From Neoechinorhynchus agilis (taxonomy: Eukaryota > Animalia > Acanthocephala): DNA of 64,000 nucleotides. A program made the translations under genes and the position numbers. The notes beneath the pieces were generated by a model. It saw only the letters and a list, made by a program, of their open reading frames with translations. It did not search any database and was not told the origin of the DNA. The stretch spans positions 10,332,784 to 10,396,783 of the forward strand of contig CM121341.1 of NCBI GenBank assembly GCA_051530055.1, given 5' to 3'. This document shows positions 22,900 to 35,337 of the stretch, in pieces; the stretch's first letter is position 1; every line of letters begins with the position of its first letter.

Positions 22900-24828
22900 T
22901 TAGTAGTAATAAATTGCTTTAATTTTCATTCCATTGACGACTATCTGTCCCAGCGATCTCATCATTGCGAAGCGATCGATATTGAAGTGTTGGACCATAT
23001 TGTTCGAAACATTCAAGAAAACAAGATTTGGCATTTTGATATCATAAAGACTTCCCGGTATACTTCTAAGTTTGTTATCAGCCAGGTTAAAAAATATGAG
23101 ATTTTCCAATCCATCGAACGCATCAACAGGAAATGTTCTGAGCTTGTTGTGGCTGAGATCGATAGCTTCCAAAAGGCTAGCAGCTTCAAATGCTTTTGAA
23201 TTTATTTTGCTGATTATGTTTGATTGGAGACTCAAATATTTAAGATTGGATAAACGTGAAAAATCTGAAGGTTCAAGCATTGTTATTTGATTATTGCTCA
23301 AGTCGAAAGAAGTTAAAGTATTGGTTGGTAGCAACACACTGATTTCTCCCACCGTTATCAGATTTTGGTGTTTTAGCGAGATAACCTGAGTAGCTTTTGG
23401 ACCATAAATCTTCAAGGCGGTTAAAATGGACTGCGGTACGAATTCCGAGCGAAGACCGAAGTACGCGAGATTCAAGTAAGTGTTTGTCCTATTGAAGGTT
23501 ACTGTTGATATGTTATTTCCTCGCAAAATGACCGATGGAATGGAATACACGGGCGACTTTCGTGCAATCAAATCTCGAATTCGATTTTCAGACGCGTCGA
23601 TGTATCTAATTTTTTTTGTATTCCGAAAAAGGTTGTAATGGACATACTTTAGCTGGTTGTAACTAATCGAGAAGATTTCCAGTAGGCGATTATTCCTAAA
23701 ACTGTCCGAGTTAATCGTTTTCACCAGATTATGATCAAGAAATATATCTCTTAAGCTTGTTAACTTCGAAAAAGCGTTTTTGTGGAAACCTATAATTTTA
23801 TTATCTTGAAGACGTAGTATTGTAAGACTTGTCCAGTCATTTAAATCATTTTCGTATATGAATTTTATTTGATTATACGCTAATGATAATTCCTTTATGT
23901 TTTCCTTTGTTTGTAAGTTTCCAAGTGGAATCAAATTCAATTGATTTCTCGTTATCTCAAGATTTTCAAGTCGAGGTGCTGCAGCTAACAAATTAGTGTC
24001 AAACACTTTGGCCGGTCCATTAGCGACAATAAATTCATATAATCTGGAATATTGCTCTTTACGGCGTAATAAATCGGTTACATTTGCGAGATAGCTAATA
24101 TGGAGATAACGAAGATTTTTAAACCATTCCATTTTGTCTACGGATTTTATTGGATTACCAACTATGTACAATTCCTCAAGATTGCAAAAAGAGCTGCAGT
24201 CCTGCGCGGACAAATGTTCAATCAAATTATTTCTTAAATCCAATAGTTTCAGATATCTTAGTTGGCTAATAACGTTTATACTTTCACTTGTGAGCATATT
24301 GTTCGATAAACGAAGTATATTCAATAACGGTAATTGCTGTGGGAAATGAACAGGAATTACTGATATGTTGTTGAAACTCAAACTTAGTCGACGAATTCTC
24401 ATGAATTCCTGAAAAGCATCTTCTTGAATCTTAACAATTCCAGCTCTCTCAATATCCAACTGTTTTACACCTCTGAATTTATGAAGTAAAGAATTGCTCA
24501 GTACTGACGATTTGTATGATTTTTCCGAATCATGAGAGACAGTTACTCTAACTGCTTTGGGAAATAATGAAGAAAAATTTTCAGGAATATCTTTGAGATC
24601 GACATTATAAAATTGAAAATTTTCATGCTTCCGTTGAACAGATCCTAATAAATTAGTAATCGATTTCATTCTCCCAAGAGCATCATTTTGGTAACATCGT
24701 ATTTGAATGCCGAAGATCGTTTGACACTTTGTTAACTCGCACTTCGGTTCTCTTCCTTGCTTTTCCACTGAAATAAAACTTAGTTGAATTGCTAACAATA
24801 GAATATTTAAATGAAACACTGGAAACAT
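22900..24828 (-). CDS. Leucine-rich-repeat protein, copy 2
   Basis: Protein identical to copy 1 except RIGDL to RIRDL. Confidence 0.9.
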   Translation of the reverse strand: MFPVFHLNILLLAIQLSFISVEKQGREPKCELTKCQTIFGIQIRCYQNDALGRMKSITNLLGSVQRKHENFQFYNVDLKDIPENFSSLFPKAVRVTVSHDSEKSYKSSVLSNSLLHKFRGVKQLDIERAGIVKIQEDAFQEFMRIRRLSLSFNNISVIPVHFPQQLPLLNILRLSNNMLTSESINVISQLRYLKLLDLRNNLIEHLSAQDCSSFCNLEELYIVGNPIKSVDKMEWFKNLRYLHISYLANVTDLLRRKEQYSRLYEFIVANGPAKVFDTNLLAAAPRLENLEITRNQLNLIPLGNLQTKENIKELSLAYNQIKFIYENDLNDWTSLTILRLQDNKIIGFHKNAFSKLTSLRDIFLDHNLVKTINSDSFRNNRLLEIFSISYNQLKYVHYNLFRNTKKIRYIDASENRIRDLIARKSPVYSIPSVILRGNNISTVTFNRTNTYLNLAYFGLRSEFVPQSILTALKIYGPKATQVISLKHQNLITVGEISVLLPTNTLTSFDLSNNQITMLEPSDFSRLSNLKYLSLQSNIISKINSKAFEAASLLEAIDLSHNKLRTFPVDAFDGLENLIFFNLADNKLRSIPGSLYDIKMPNLVFLNVSNNMVQHFNIDRFAMMRSLGQIVVNGMKIKAIYYY

Positions 24829-26534
24829 TGCGGTTACAAACGACAAAAAAATCGAGACAACTCATGTACATAAATACATTTGAAAGAGTAAAATAGGTGT
24901 GAGTTACTTGCAGAATGAATGTACCAGCATTACATCGCCCTTTTCATCGGTGCGCGGAGAAAACGCCAATTTTTATCTTTAACTCGACTACTTAAGCGAC
25001 ATTTAATAATCCAGAATTAGACTTTTCGGCTAGGAATAAGATAAAGTGAAACTGTCAATCTAAAGCGTAGATAAATGATAGTTAAAAATGGAATCATTGA
25101 TTCGGCTCGGAGCTTTGTGAAGAGAGTTCCGACATTTGAAAGGCTGAAAATGATAAAATTGTTAAAGTTCAAATAATATTTAAATACAAAAAAATTATGA
25201 TCGGTTACAGTTAAGCTTGTTTATATTTGCAAAATTAATAAAGGAGCTAAACTTAAAAAATTCACTTATAGCCACGGCTACTACCCTTAAAGTCACTTAA
25301 TTTTCGTCTATATCGATCAAAAAACTTCCAGAATGTTCTTAAATAATTGTTTAATCTAATACGTTTTTCTAATTTTCTTTTTATGTTTTTTTATAGCACC
25401 CGATCATCATCAGTTTTGTGTTTCATGTCACATTTTCGCGATTTTATAAAGAAAACTCTAAATTGCTCGAAACTCGCTTTAATTTCGCCATACAAAGAAT
25501 CTGCAATTATATTTCGCGCATTAAAAGAAGATATATATTTGAGGATTGCATTCGGGTGGTGGGATATGTTATTGTTTAGGTCGCTTGTCGGCACCCGAGG
25601 GAGATTTTTAAAGATAAATGTATATTTCGACGGATTGAATCCGTCATTGCAAATTCAATCTAAAATTACAGAGGGATTCGTCAGAGCACACAAGATTGTT
25701 CATTTTGACTAGGGACCCGGGATCGTCAACCCCGTAGACGAAGACCAGCCTCCCTGAGTGTGTTTAGGTCAACAATAGGAAGTTGGAGGGAAACTTTTGC
25801 TTTGTTCCCTTCCATACTGTTGGCCATCTCGATATATATCGAATCGTTTATCAGTTTTTGGAATTTTCTCTTTTCCGTGCAGGGGACGTCGGTCTTGTCG
25901 AATCCGATTGAGTGTGTATTTAAGTATGCGTTATTAAAAATGGCAGACGTGGTGTTCCAACATAGTAAGGCGTATTTGTGTTCGCGTAGACGTGAAGTTA
26001 AACAACTCATTGTTTCACCTAAGTAGGCCACATTTCCAAGTCGTTTCAAGGGATGCTGTAGAATACGTCAGAACTCGTGTTTTGCTAGGCGAACGGGACA
26101 TTTTGAATTTCCAAGTCTGTCCAGCGTATCAGATTAGAACACAAATATTAAAGAATTCAGTTCTGATAAATTTCACTGCTCGGTTTTCCATTGGTGGATT
26201 GGGTTGTGAATACCTGTCTTTCTTAAGAGCCTGTCGTTTCACTCAATTCGAGTATTCCCTTGATTTCAACATATTACAGATATTATGGATTATTGTAAAG
26301 ATGTTCATCAATTACTTTTTTATCAATGGCGAATTGTAACACACTCGAGCTTTATTGAAGTCAACCTTGCGAATTTTCTAGGCCTCGGTCTCCTTCTCAA
26401 GCATTGCTTGTAAGTTGAGCAAAAGGGTGATAGAAAGCGGCAGTAATGGTGTTTCCAAATCCTTAAGGCGTGGGAACACCGAATTCAATTTTAATCTGTA
26501 TGGTACACTGAAAATATGCATCAAAATTTAAAAG

Positions 26535-26770
26535 GTGTTAACGTTCTCTCTCTGGTTAACGTTCTCTCTCTGGTTAACGTTCTCTCTCGTCAACGTTCTC
26601 TCTCTCGTCAATCGCCAACGTTCAACGTTCTCTCTCTCGTCAATTGCCAACGTTCAACGTTCTCTCTCTCGTAAATCGTCAACGTTCAACGTTCTCTCTC
26701 TCTCGTCAATCGTCAACGTTCAACTTTCTCTCTCTCGTCAATCGTCAAAGTTCAACGTTCTCTCTCCCGT
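26535..26770 (+). repeat. Tandem array of AACGTT-(CT)n-CGTCAATCGTC-type units at the 5' end of the L2-type LINE
   Basis: About 9 units growing from about 19 to about 34 bp, directly upstream of ORF1. Confidence 0.9.
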
Positions 26771-29766
26771 CCGTCATAAACACTTGCAATCAATGCCGAG
26801 GCCAAAGCGCCCAACCACCAAGCCCGTACCCTGTGACATGGACGATTGTGCGGTTAAAACTCAAATATTCGTCACAAATACTTGGGCAGCAGGCAGGAAA
26901 TTTATTTGCGGTTTCTGTACTGCCGCCTTGCTCATACCGTGTTCGTCGGCCCCCCTTCCCAATAAGTACTCAAGCACTAACCACTCCCAAACCCCTAATC
27001 CCCAACCCCTTCCATCTTAAGTTTCCCCACCCCAAACCTCATCGTCTCCCTCGCTTCACTCTCTAAATACTGCCCACCCACCCTTGGCTGTCGGCGCCCT
27101 CCAAGACTCCTCTCCACACTTAAATTAGACTTCTCTTCAACAATATTCTCCCCTCCTTAATTCCGTTCCTATCATCTCGCGTACCCCTCTTCCCTCGTCC
27201 CTGCACTCTAAATCTCACTCTGCTCCACCATTAAAACCGAACCCCCTTCCTCCTCGGCCTCATCTAAATCCCCCATCTCCTTTCTAGCACCCCGTACTGC
27301 TAGAAAAAACCATAAACCCCTCCCATCCTTCTACGATTACGTTTCAACGTTAGCCCCATCAAAACCTTCCACTTTCTCTCCTGTACCTCGATTTTCTAGT
27401 AAAAAGCACACACCCCTACCATCCTTCAACGACTACATTAAGAATCCCTCGCCTCGTAAACTAACTCCTCCTAAACCCCTCTCATCCTTGCCTCCACTAA
27501 TCTCTCATCTGCCTAAAACCACTATTCCGCACCCTACCAATTCTGAAAACTTTCGCTTCGCCCCTCAGAAGCGAAAAATGCTTTGGACGCTCACACTACC
27601 TCATCTCTTACCACCACCTCTTCAACTCCCAATATCCTCTTTCCCCTCGAGTTCATCCCGCACGCACAGTTCCCACCCTTATGGTTTCTACACTCAAATC
27701 ACCCCTCACTACAGTGTCCACCCACGAATCCATAATCCCCGAACTACCCCATCGGTCAACTCCCATCCCTTCTCTCTTTGCGCAGCTTCAACCCTCTCCG
27801 TCAGTGTCCACCCCTCAGTTCCCTTCTAAACATCCCTTTCCAATAATCTTTTATTCTAACATCCGCAGCCTCCTCCCCAAACTGGATGAGCTCCAAATAG
27901 TGACTTCTTCTTGCAACGCCGACATCCTTGTAATTACGGAAACATGTGTCTCACCCCATAGCAAATTATCTGCCTTCCTTCCAAACTTTCAAGCTTTTCA
28001 CCCCACAAGGGACTTCCGAAACGAGGGAGGCGTATCGATCTTCATCCTCGTCTCTCTCCCTTACCATTGCTCTTCACCCTACCCTTTCATCTTCGACGAT
28101 CTTGAATGGCTTCACATCCAACTTCATCTCCCCCTCCGCAATGTCCAACGTGAGATCTCTATCGCTGACCTTTATCGCCCCCTTCCTCAAACATTCCCAA
28201 CACACTTCAACAAATAGACCACCTATTTACTGACCTACTTTCCACTTCCTCAGATCACTTCATCATATTGGGCGATTTTAACAAACTGCCGATCCCGCCC
28301 TCGCTCTCTCATCTCCCCGACTCGTTACTTTCCCCACACGCTTCTCCTCCCGCCTTGATAAAATTTTCTCAAACATCAGGCAATACTCGCGCACTACCAA
28401 ACTCCCCCCGATCGCCTCGTCTGGCCATTGCTTCATTATTCTCTCCCACTCATCACCTCAAAACCGTTCCTTTTCCGACCTCTACGTTGTCTGAGATAAA
28501 CGTGATCATCATATCCACGCCTTTGCTGTATGTGTCAATTCTGCTATCACGCAAAACCGCTCTACCACCTTTGGCACTGACCCTCGATTGCAATGGGCTC
28601 TTTGTTAAATCTAATAGAATCTGCGATGAAGGCCCCTTTCCTCGCAAAACAATACGAATCTCGAACCGCGACCCTCCATGGTTCTCGCCTTTTCTAAAAA
28701 CCCTTCAAATGCAGGTCACCAAAGCTTTCCGGTTAGGCAATCCCGCTTACCCCTCCCTCCACTCCACACTGACCAAACGAATCCGTATAGCCCGCAAAGT
28801 ATTCCTCTCATCTCGTCTCTCGTCCGTTCCCAATCGAAACTAGTGGCGTGAAATAAAAAATGTCACTGGTCTTGGTAAATCAACCCCCTTCGCATCTCTC
28901 CCCAAATCAGATCTCTCAATCCTTAACTTCATGAATAAAAACCTCTGTCCTCCCCAAACCTCCTCTCCTTTGTCCCAACCTCCCTTCGCACTTTCTGACC
29001 CGCCCATTACATGCCCTTCCTTAGTTTCCCCTCTCGAAATCCTAGAGATCCTTAAACGCCTGCCCCGCCATTCTTCCCCTAATTCGAATATCCCAAATTG
29101 GGCCATTCGTTTCATCATCCCGGACCTTATCGATCCTCTAACGCACATAACGAACCTTAGCTTCCTATTGGGCTCTTTCCCATCGTGTCTTAAGGAAGCC
29201 CGTGTCGTCCCCCTAACCAAAACTGATAAGCCGATTTCTCCCACATCCTTTCGTCCCATCTCTATCCTCTCACCTTTCTCTAACATCTTAGAAAAATGTT
29301 TTAAAACCCGCCTACTTCCCTTCTTCCTAAAAAACATCTCCCTTTCCCAATTCGCTTTCCGTCCTAATTACTCTTGTACTGATGCCCTCCTCTGCATCTA
29401 CGATACGCTTGTGCGCAGCATAGATTCCAATCCAGCATCAACCGTCCGTCTCGTGCAACTGGATATTTCCAGGGCGTTTGGGTCGGTAGATCACTCCCTT
29501 CTCATCCAATCATGTGCTTCCCTTGGCCTCCCAACCTGGCAACTCGCTTGGATTTCCACTTTCCTCTCCAACCGCAAACAATATATCCAATGTGGAACTT
29601 CTTGTTCCTCTTCTCTGCCCATATTAAAAGGGGTCCCCCAAGGCGCCGTACTTTCCCCTCTCCTCTTTGACACTTTTCTAAATGACCTCCATCCCCTCAC
29701 TCCCCCTACCAAATATTTTCTCTATACAGATGACCTCACAATCATTACCATCGCATCTCCCTCTCT
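26771..29766 (+). mobile_element. CT-rich L2/CR1-type LINE, copy with 5' end, 3'-truncated
   Basis: ORF1 start MPRPKRPTTKPVPCDMDDC..FICGFC (PHD-like); endonuclease and RT to YTDD; then fused to LINE 2b at about 29770. Confidence 0.85.
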
Positions 29767-29770
29767 AAGG

Positions 29771-31905
29771 TTATTTAAATGAGTACTGTATCAAAACGGA
29801 TGAAATCGTTGAGCACTGCAGCGGAAGGTGGCAAACGGCCACCCACTTATCTGAGAATTCCTGTGCCTCCGAAAGTCCCTAATAGTATTCTCGGAGATAT
29901 GAAGCTATTTATCAATGACAAAACTCCATGGATCATAGTGATAAATCCAACCCTAAACCCAAATCCCCTCCATTACAAAAATGGTCACACTCCATCTCGA
30001 TGGTCTAGAACCCGTTTCAATCACGGGATATACCATATAAAATGTTTCTCGTTCCATGGCTTCGTTCTTTCAACGATGATTGTCAGAGAATCATGAAAGT
30101 GACATATTTCGCAAGCAATTTGAAGGTATACCTATCCAATGATATCTATAAACGTAAATACCAATGCTATTTGGAATCGATTAAAAGTCCCAATGTTACC
30201 TTTACGAACAACTCTTGTGATTCAACATTTCTAGTGTCTGGGCTATCTCCAGATATCGAAGAGGCCGATAAGAAAGCTTTTGAAACAAAGGTTGGCTGTA
30301 AAGTCCTGTTTTTCCTCAAGTCTCGGAACAACGGACTTCCGATTCCAAGGGCAGTCGTGAAGGCTGATATCGGGGCAGGGGATGCGCTATTAACCAAAAG
30401 ATGCTTTTTCCAATCGATGGAAATAATTTTCATCGTCAACGAAATTTCGAAACTGGACAACTACATCTTTCCTCTATGTGCTGGGTGTCAGCAATCGGGA
30501 CATTGGGCTCAGCAATGTCCGTAAAAACGATGTATTTGTGCATACTGTGCAGGATAGCATTCAAGCGTGAATTGTACGCGCAAATCTAAAAAATGCGCTA
30601 ATTGTGGCAAAGATGGGCATTGCGCATTTTTTTGAACATGTACAGCTTTCAAGAATTACGTAAAATGGGCTCAAAACCAATCCGCATCGAAACCATCCAG
30701 GAAGCCAAAAGAATCTCTTCAACGGCAACCCCTTTATTGCACTCAGCCCGCTTCAACGTGCTCAATGTCCGGCTCGATCAGATCCGACCTCACGGGTCAG
30801 TCAACTTCGCAACCCATTGAATCCGTACATTCTGCACCCAACATCCCGCATCACCTACCAGGTTCTGAACGCTTCTTCAGCCAACATCCTGAAGATGGTT
30901 GACTTGCGCATCTCTTCAGCGATTCAAAACTTCGAGAAACGGTTTGAGAGACATTTCGAAGCCCTCTCCGCGTCTTTAAAACAATGTATCAACCGAGCCT
31001 TTTCCATTACAGTATCTGACGCTAAGAAGCCAGCTAAGAGTCGTGTTCGTACGCCGATTTGTTCAAGCGATCTTTTCCGCGTCTGACGATGATGTGGATA
31101 TGAACGAGGTGTTCGTTCGTCAAGTGATCGAGGAGCAAAAACAGATCTGCTCTGAGGGTTCAGCGGACATCATCAAAAAGGCGAGAATAGGTTTATGACC
31201 GAACTAAAGTTGGTGCAATAGAACTCTGGTGGTCGCCTCTGAATTCCCAAAATCTTGGCCGAGGCATATAAGTATGAGATAGTCTTCATTCAGGAGACTA
31301 AAAGCGTCTATACTCTTGAGGACCTACCGGTCGGCTACAAGTCCCTGACGTCTGTCTCTTCTATCTTTATAATCCCTCCTGTCAGCCCGAACTCCCAGGG
31401 TCTCCTCTCCATTTTCAAACTTCATCTTTTGCCCTCCCTCGTCTAAAGCTTCATCTCTCCCAAGCAATTTTCTCTATCCATGTTCAAGGAAGAGTCGCTC
31501 TACTTGGTAATTTCTACATGCGCCCTAACAAGGTTCATTTACCTCATAACAAGGCGATCCTGAAGGACCTGCTTTCATCCGGTATCGATTTCCTGTTCTG
31601 AGACTTCAACGATCCATCAGGCAAATGGATTCGAGCCGTTGTTCACGTCAACGATTCACATATGATTTTGGCAGCTCCATATCCCACGTTTTCCGCGTCT
31701 AATCGCAGCTCCTGGCTAGACCTTTGTCTGGCAAATAAGTTGTCTGTCTTGAAGCCGACAGTTATATCCCAATCTGCCCTATTTCTTATCTCAGGGCATG
31801 ACATTCTCATTTGGGACTTTTCTAAGAATTTGCTTTTAAACAGACGTTATAAATTGTCGTCTTTTAACATTCTTTTGTTCGAAAATTTGTGTTGGGATGA
31901 GTGAT
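29771..31905 (+). mobile_element. LINE family 2b, copy 2
   Basis: Near-identical to 15867-18000. Confidence 0.8.
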
Positions 31906-32049
31906 TTTTTGAGTAGGGATTGAATAATAATTTTTTACTGTATGTGATTTAAATTTATTAAAGTTTACAAGTTTTGGAAGATAATGTCCTGTGAAGCCGC
32001 AGTTTTCCTCACGCTGGCAGCAAATCTATTAAAATTTACAAGTTTTAGA

Positions 32050-33807
32050 AGATATATATAAACACGTTTTATTTATGTAAAAAGTGCAATATCCACACAC
32101 TAGCCAGCATCTATCTTTGCAAAACGTTGTATGGATGACGGATGTTGAAGGCAAGGGAGGTGGGACTGTTTTTTGAGGGGGTGTTGATGTGGGATCGGAG
32201 GCTTTGTAAAGGAGATGACAGATTAGGAGTCTTTCCTTGTTCTCCGGTTATTAAGGAAAGATTGGGCTTGAGGGAAGAAAGATTTTTGGTAGAGGGTGGT
32301 ACGAGCGAGGGGGGATGAAAAAAGTTGCGGTTACGGGTGTTTACTAGGGACGAGTATTTAGAGATGAGGGAAGAAAATTGTGGAGGGGGTTGAAGAAGAC
32401 GGAGGGCGTTTTTGGAGCAAATGGAGTGGAGGTGGGCGTCGAGGGGAGGGAGTGAAGTCCCGCATATTCTAGCTGCTCTCTTGTGCAAGGTCTCGAGGGA
32501 ATGGAGAGCATTGACGGAGAGGGAAGTTTGGAAAGCGTATGTAAGGATAGGAAGGATGGCAGAAAGATAAAAGTGAGCAAGGTGTTTAGGGATAAGCCGA
32601 GACGTCGGAGGAGTTTGAGCAGGTAAAGACGAAGATTTGCCTTAGAGAGTGTAAATGAAATGTGGGCATCCCATTTAATGTTTTCTTGGAAAGTCAGGCC
32701 CAGTATTCGGAAGGAAGAGGAGCGTTAGATGGGGAGAGGGAGAGACACGGGAATAAGATTGCGTTTGGAAATGTAGGGGACAAGCTCAAAAGATTTTGAT
32801 AAATTTAGGGAGAGGTTTAGGGTGGAGAGCGAGGAAATGAGATGGTTGAGCTCGTCCATGGTTATGGAGAGGGAGAGAGGGGGATGTGATGGTAATGACT
32901 GTGAGGTCATCTGTATAGAGAAAATATTTGGTAGGGGGAGTGAGGGGATGGAGGTCATTTAGAAAAATGTCAAAGAGGAGAGGGGAAAGTACGGCGCCTT
33001 GGGGGACCCCTTTTAGACCAGTGACATTTTTTATTTCACGCCACTAGTTTCGATTGGGAACTGACGAGAGACGAGATGAGAAAAATAATTTGCGGAATAT
33101 ACAGATTCGTTTGGTCAGTGTGGAGTGGAGGGAGGGGTAAGCAGGATTACCTGACCGGAAAGCTTTGGTGACCTGCATTTGAACGGTTTTTAGAAAAGGC
33201 GAGAACCATGGAGGGTCGCGGTTCGAGATTCGTATTGTTTTGCGAGGAAAGGAGGCCTTTATCGCAGATTCTATTAGATTTAACAAAGAGCCCATTGCAA
33301 TCGAGGGTCAGTGCCAAAGGTGGTAGAGCGGTTTTGCGTGATAAGAGAATTGACACATGCCGCAAAGACGTGGGTATGATTATCATGTTTATCCCAGACA
33401 ACGTAGAGGTTGGAAAAGTAACGGTTTTGAGGTGATGAGTGGGAGAGAATTATGGAACAGGCCAAAGAAAGCACATGATTTGAGGAGAAGGGAGTGATCT
33501 ACCGACTCAAACGCCCTGGAAATATCCAGTTGCACGAGACGGACAGTTGATGCTGGATTGGAATCTAAGCTGCGCACAAGCGTATCGTAAATGCAGAGGA
33601 GTTCGTCAGAACAAGGGTAATTGGGTAGGAAAGCGAATTGGGAAGGGGAGATGTTTTTGAGGAAGAAGGGAAGTAGGCGGGTTTTAAAACATTTTTCTAA
33701 GATTTTAAAGAAAGGTGAAAGGATAGAGATAGAGCGAAAGGATGTGGGGGAAATCGGCTTATCGTTTTTGGGTAGGGGGACGACACGGGCTTCCTTAGGA
33801 AACGATG
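32050..33807 (-). mobile_element. Internally rearranged CT-rich L2-type LINE
   Basis: Segments matching 12440-12800, 11700-12120 and 12890-13530, joined out of order. Confidence 0.8.
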
Positions 33808-33834
33808 GCCGCAGTTTTCCTCACGCTGGCAGCA

Positions 33835-34740
33835 TTCCCTCGTTATTTTTTACTTGTTTTGGGAGGCAACCCACGTTTAGTGTGCAAGGAATGTGTGATT
33901 TTCCTCTATGTTCTTTCGGACGCCGATGGAATTGCACGTGGTCAAAGTTAAAGAGTCGCTTACTCTTTAAGTTTTTCGGATGTGAAAGTTGTTTTAGGTT
34001 GTTCGTTAAAAGCGAAGGTTTATATTGGGAAGATGAGGTCTGGGTTGCGACGATTGTGGGATGTTTTGTTCCGATAATTGGGATCGATGATTTATTACGA
34101 TACTTTTCGTGTAAGTAGATACGAAAAGAAAGTTGTGAAGTAAGGAGCTTGAATATCTTGTTAAGAAAACGCGAAGTTATGACTGCTGAATTAAAAGTTA
34201 CTTTGAAAGGATGTGAGGACGGGTTAGATGGATTTTTGAAGGGAATGATCACAACAATTGTTAGGGAGAGTAATTGCAAAATGCAAGTCGGGGAAAAGGA
34301 TTTTGGTGATACGGAGAATTTGGTGGCGGTGGTGTGCATCAGCGGCGAAAGGGTCTGTAATAGGGGCGTCCGGCATACCAGAAATAAATATGATGTGATT
34401 TATATCCTTGAGGGACGAGTGCATTACACGATGGGTCGAATTTAGATCGGCGAGGGATGATGGGCCGGCGGGAAAGGCGTGAAAAAACCGAGATGAATCG
34501 TAGGGTTGACTATTAGTTTTAGGATTGAAATCGACTTTGTTGGTGGGCCTTGTTTTTGATGTATAGATTTATTTTAAAAACGGTTGGATGGCGTTGGCAT
34601 GATGTCGGCATCGGTTCCAGAGAGCTTGGAGATATTTTGGGACTCGACCGTGTCGATTGTGACAATAGAATGGATATATCGTTAGTGGAATGCTTTTGAG
34701 CAATTGCAGTGTTTTCTGAGCGGTGTATTTCGCGAAAACC
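33835..34740 (-). mobile_element. Probable LINE endonuclease remnant of another family
   Basis: Degenerate ADAHH (GDFNAHH-like) and ..CCDH motifs; many stops. Confidence 0.4.
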
Positions 34741-35337
34741 AAGCCCACCGCTGATGCATCATCAAATTTACTAGTTGTAATATTTATTCGAGATAATAAT
34801 TTGGGTTGATTGAAGTGGCTCTGTACAAAAAGACTAAATTAAAGCCCGACCGGATGGTTGGCCGGAAGTAAAGTAAGATTTAGTAAAGGAGAAGGGATGT
34901 AAATATTAATCCGTTTGTTGAAATTCGATTGGAAATCGATGTATTGAATTATTTTATTTTCGCATTAAATGAGTTCTTAAATTCACGCGTACAATTGCAT
35001 GAAAAGTTACGCAAGAGTTTTTGCCCCAGTATCAGTTTGTTGGCATCGATAAATCGATTTTTTAGATTTAACGCTTTCAAATTAGCAGAATTAAAGTTCG
35101 AAATCATCTTTTTAATGCAAGTTCGATGACGAGACAAATCCGCTTCAACAAAATGGGAGAACGCAATAAATTAAAACGTAAGCTACGAGAAATATCTTTC
35201 ATTTCGTCACAAATTATAACGGAATTCCTGGCGTCATAAAACAAAAGATTGAATGATTTGTCTTTTTTGTTTTCAACGCAAAAAAACATTCTCATAATCG
35301 ATATGATACGCAACGAATTGATCAAAACGCAAATGTC

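Larger units (their letters stand above)
18553..32458 (+). repeat. Second unit of the large tandem duplication (first unit 2226-18554)
   Basis: Same order of elements and genes; junction GAAGT/AGCGCAAAG joins L2(-) to LINE 2a ORF1 with a 2-bp GT microhomology; the L2(-) continues past 32458. Confidence 0.9.

Noticed and set aside
26535-26770. CRISPR-like array
   Set aside because: No unique spacers, variable unit length, eukaryotic context.
2226-32458. Pure assembly artefact
   Set aside because: The units have private deletions, mosaic divergence and a defined breakpoint; still needs read-depth confirmation.
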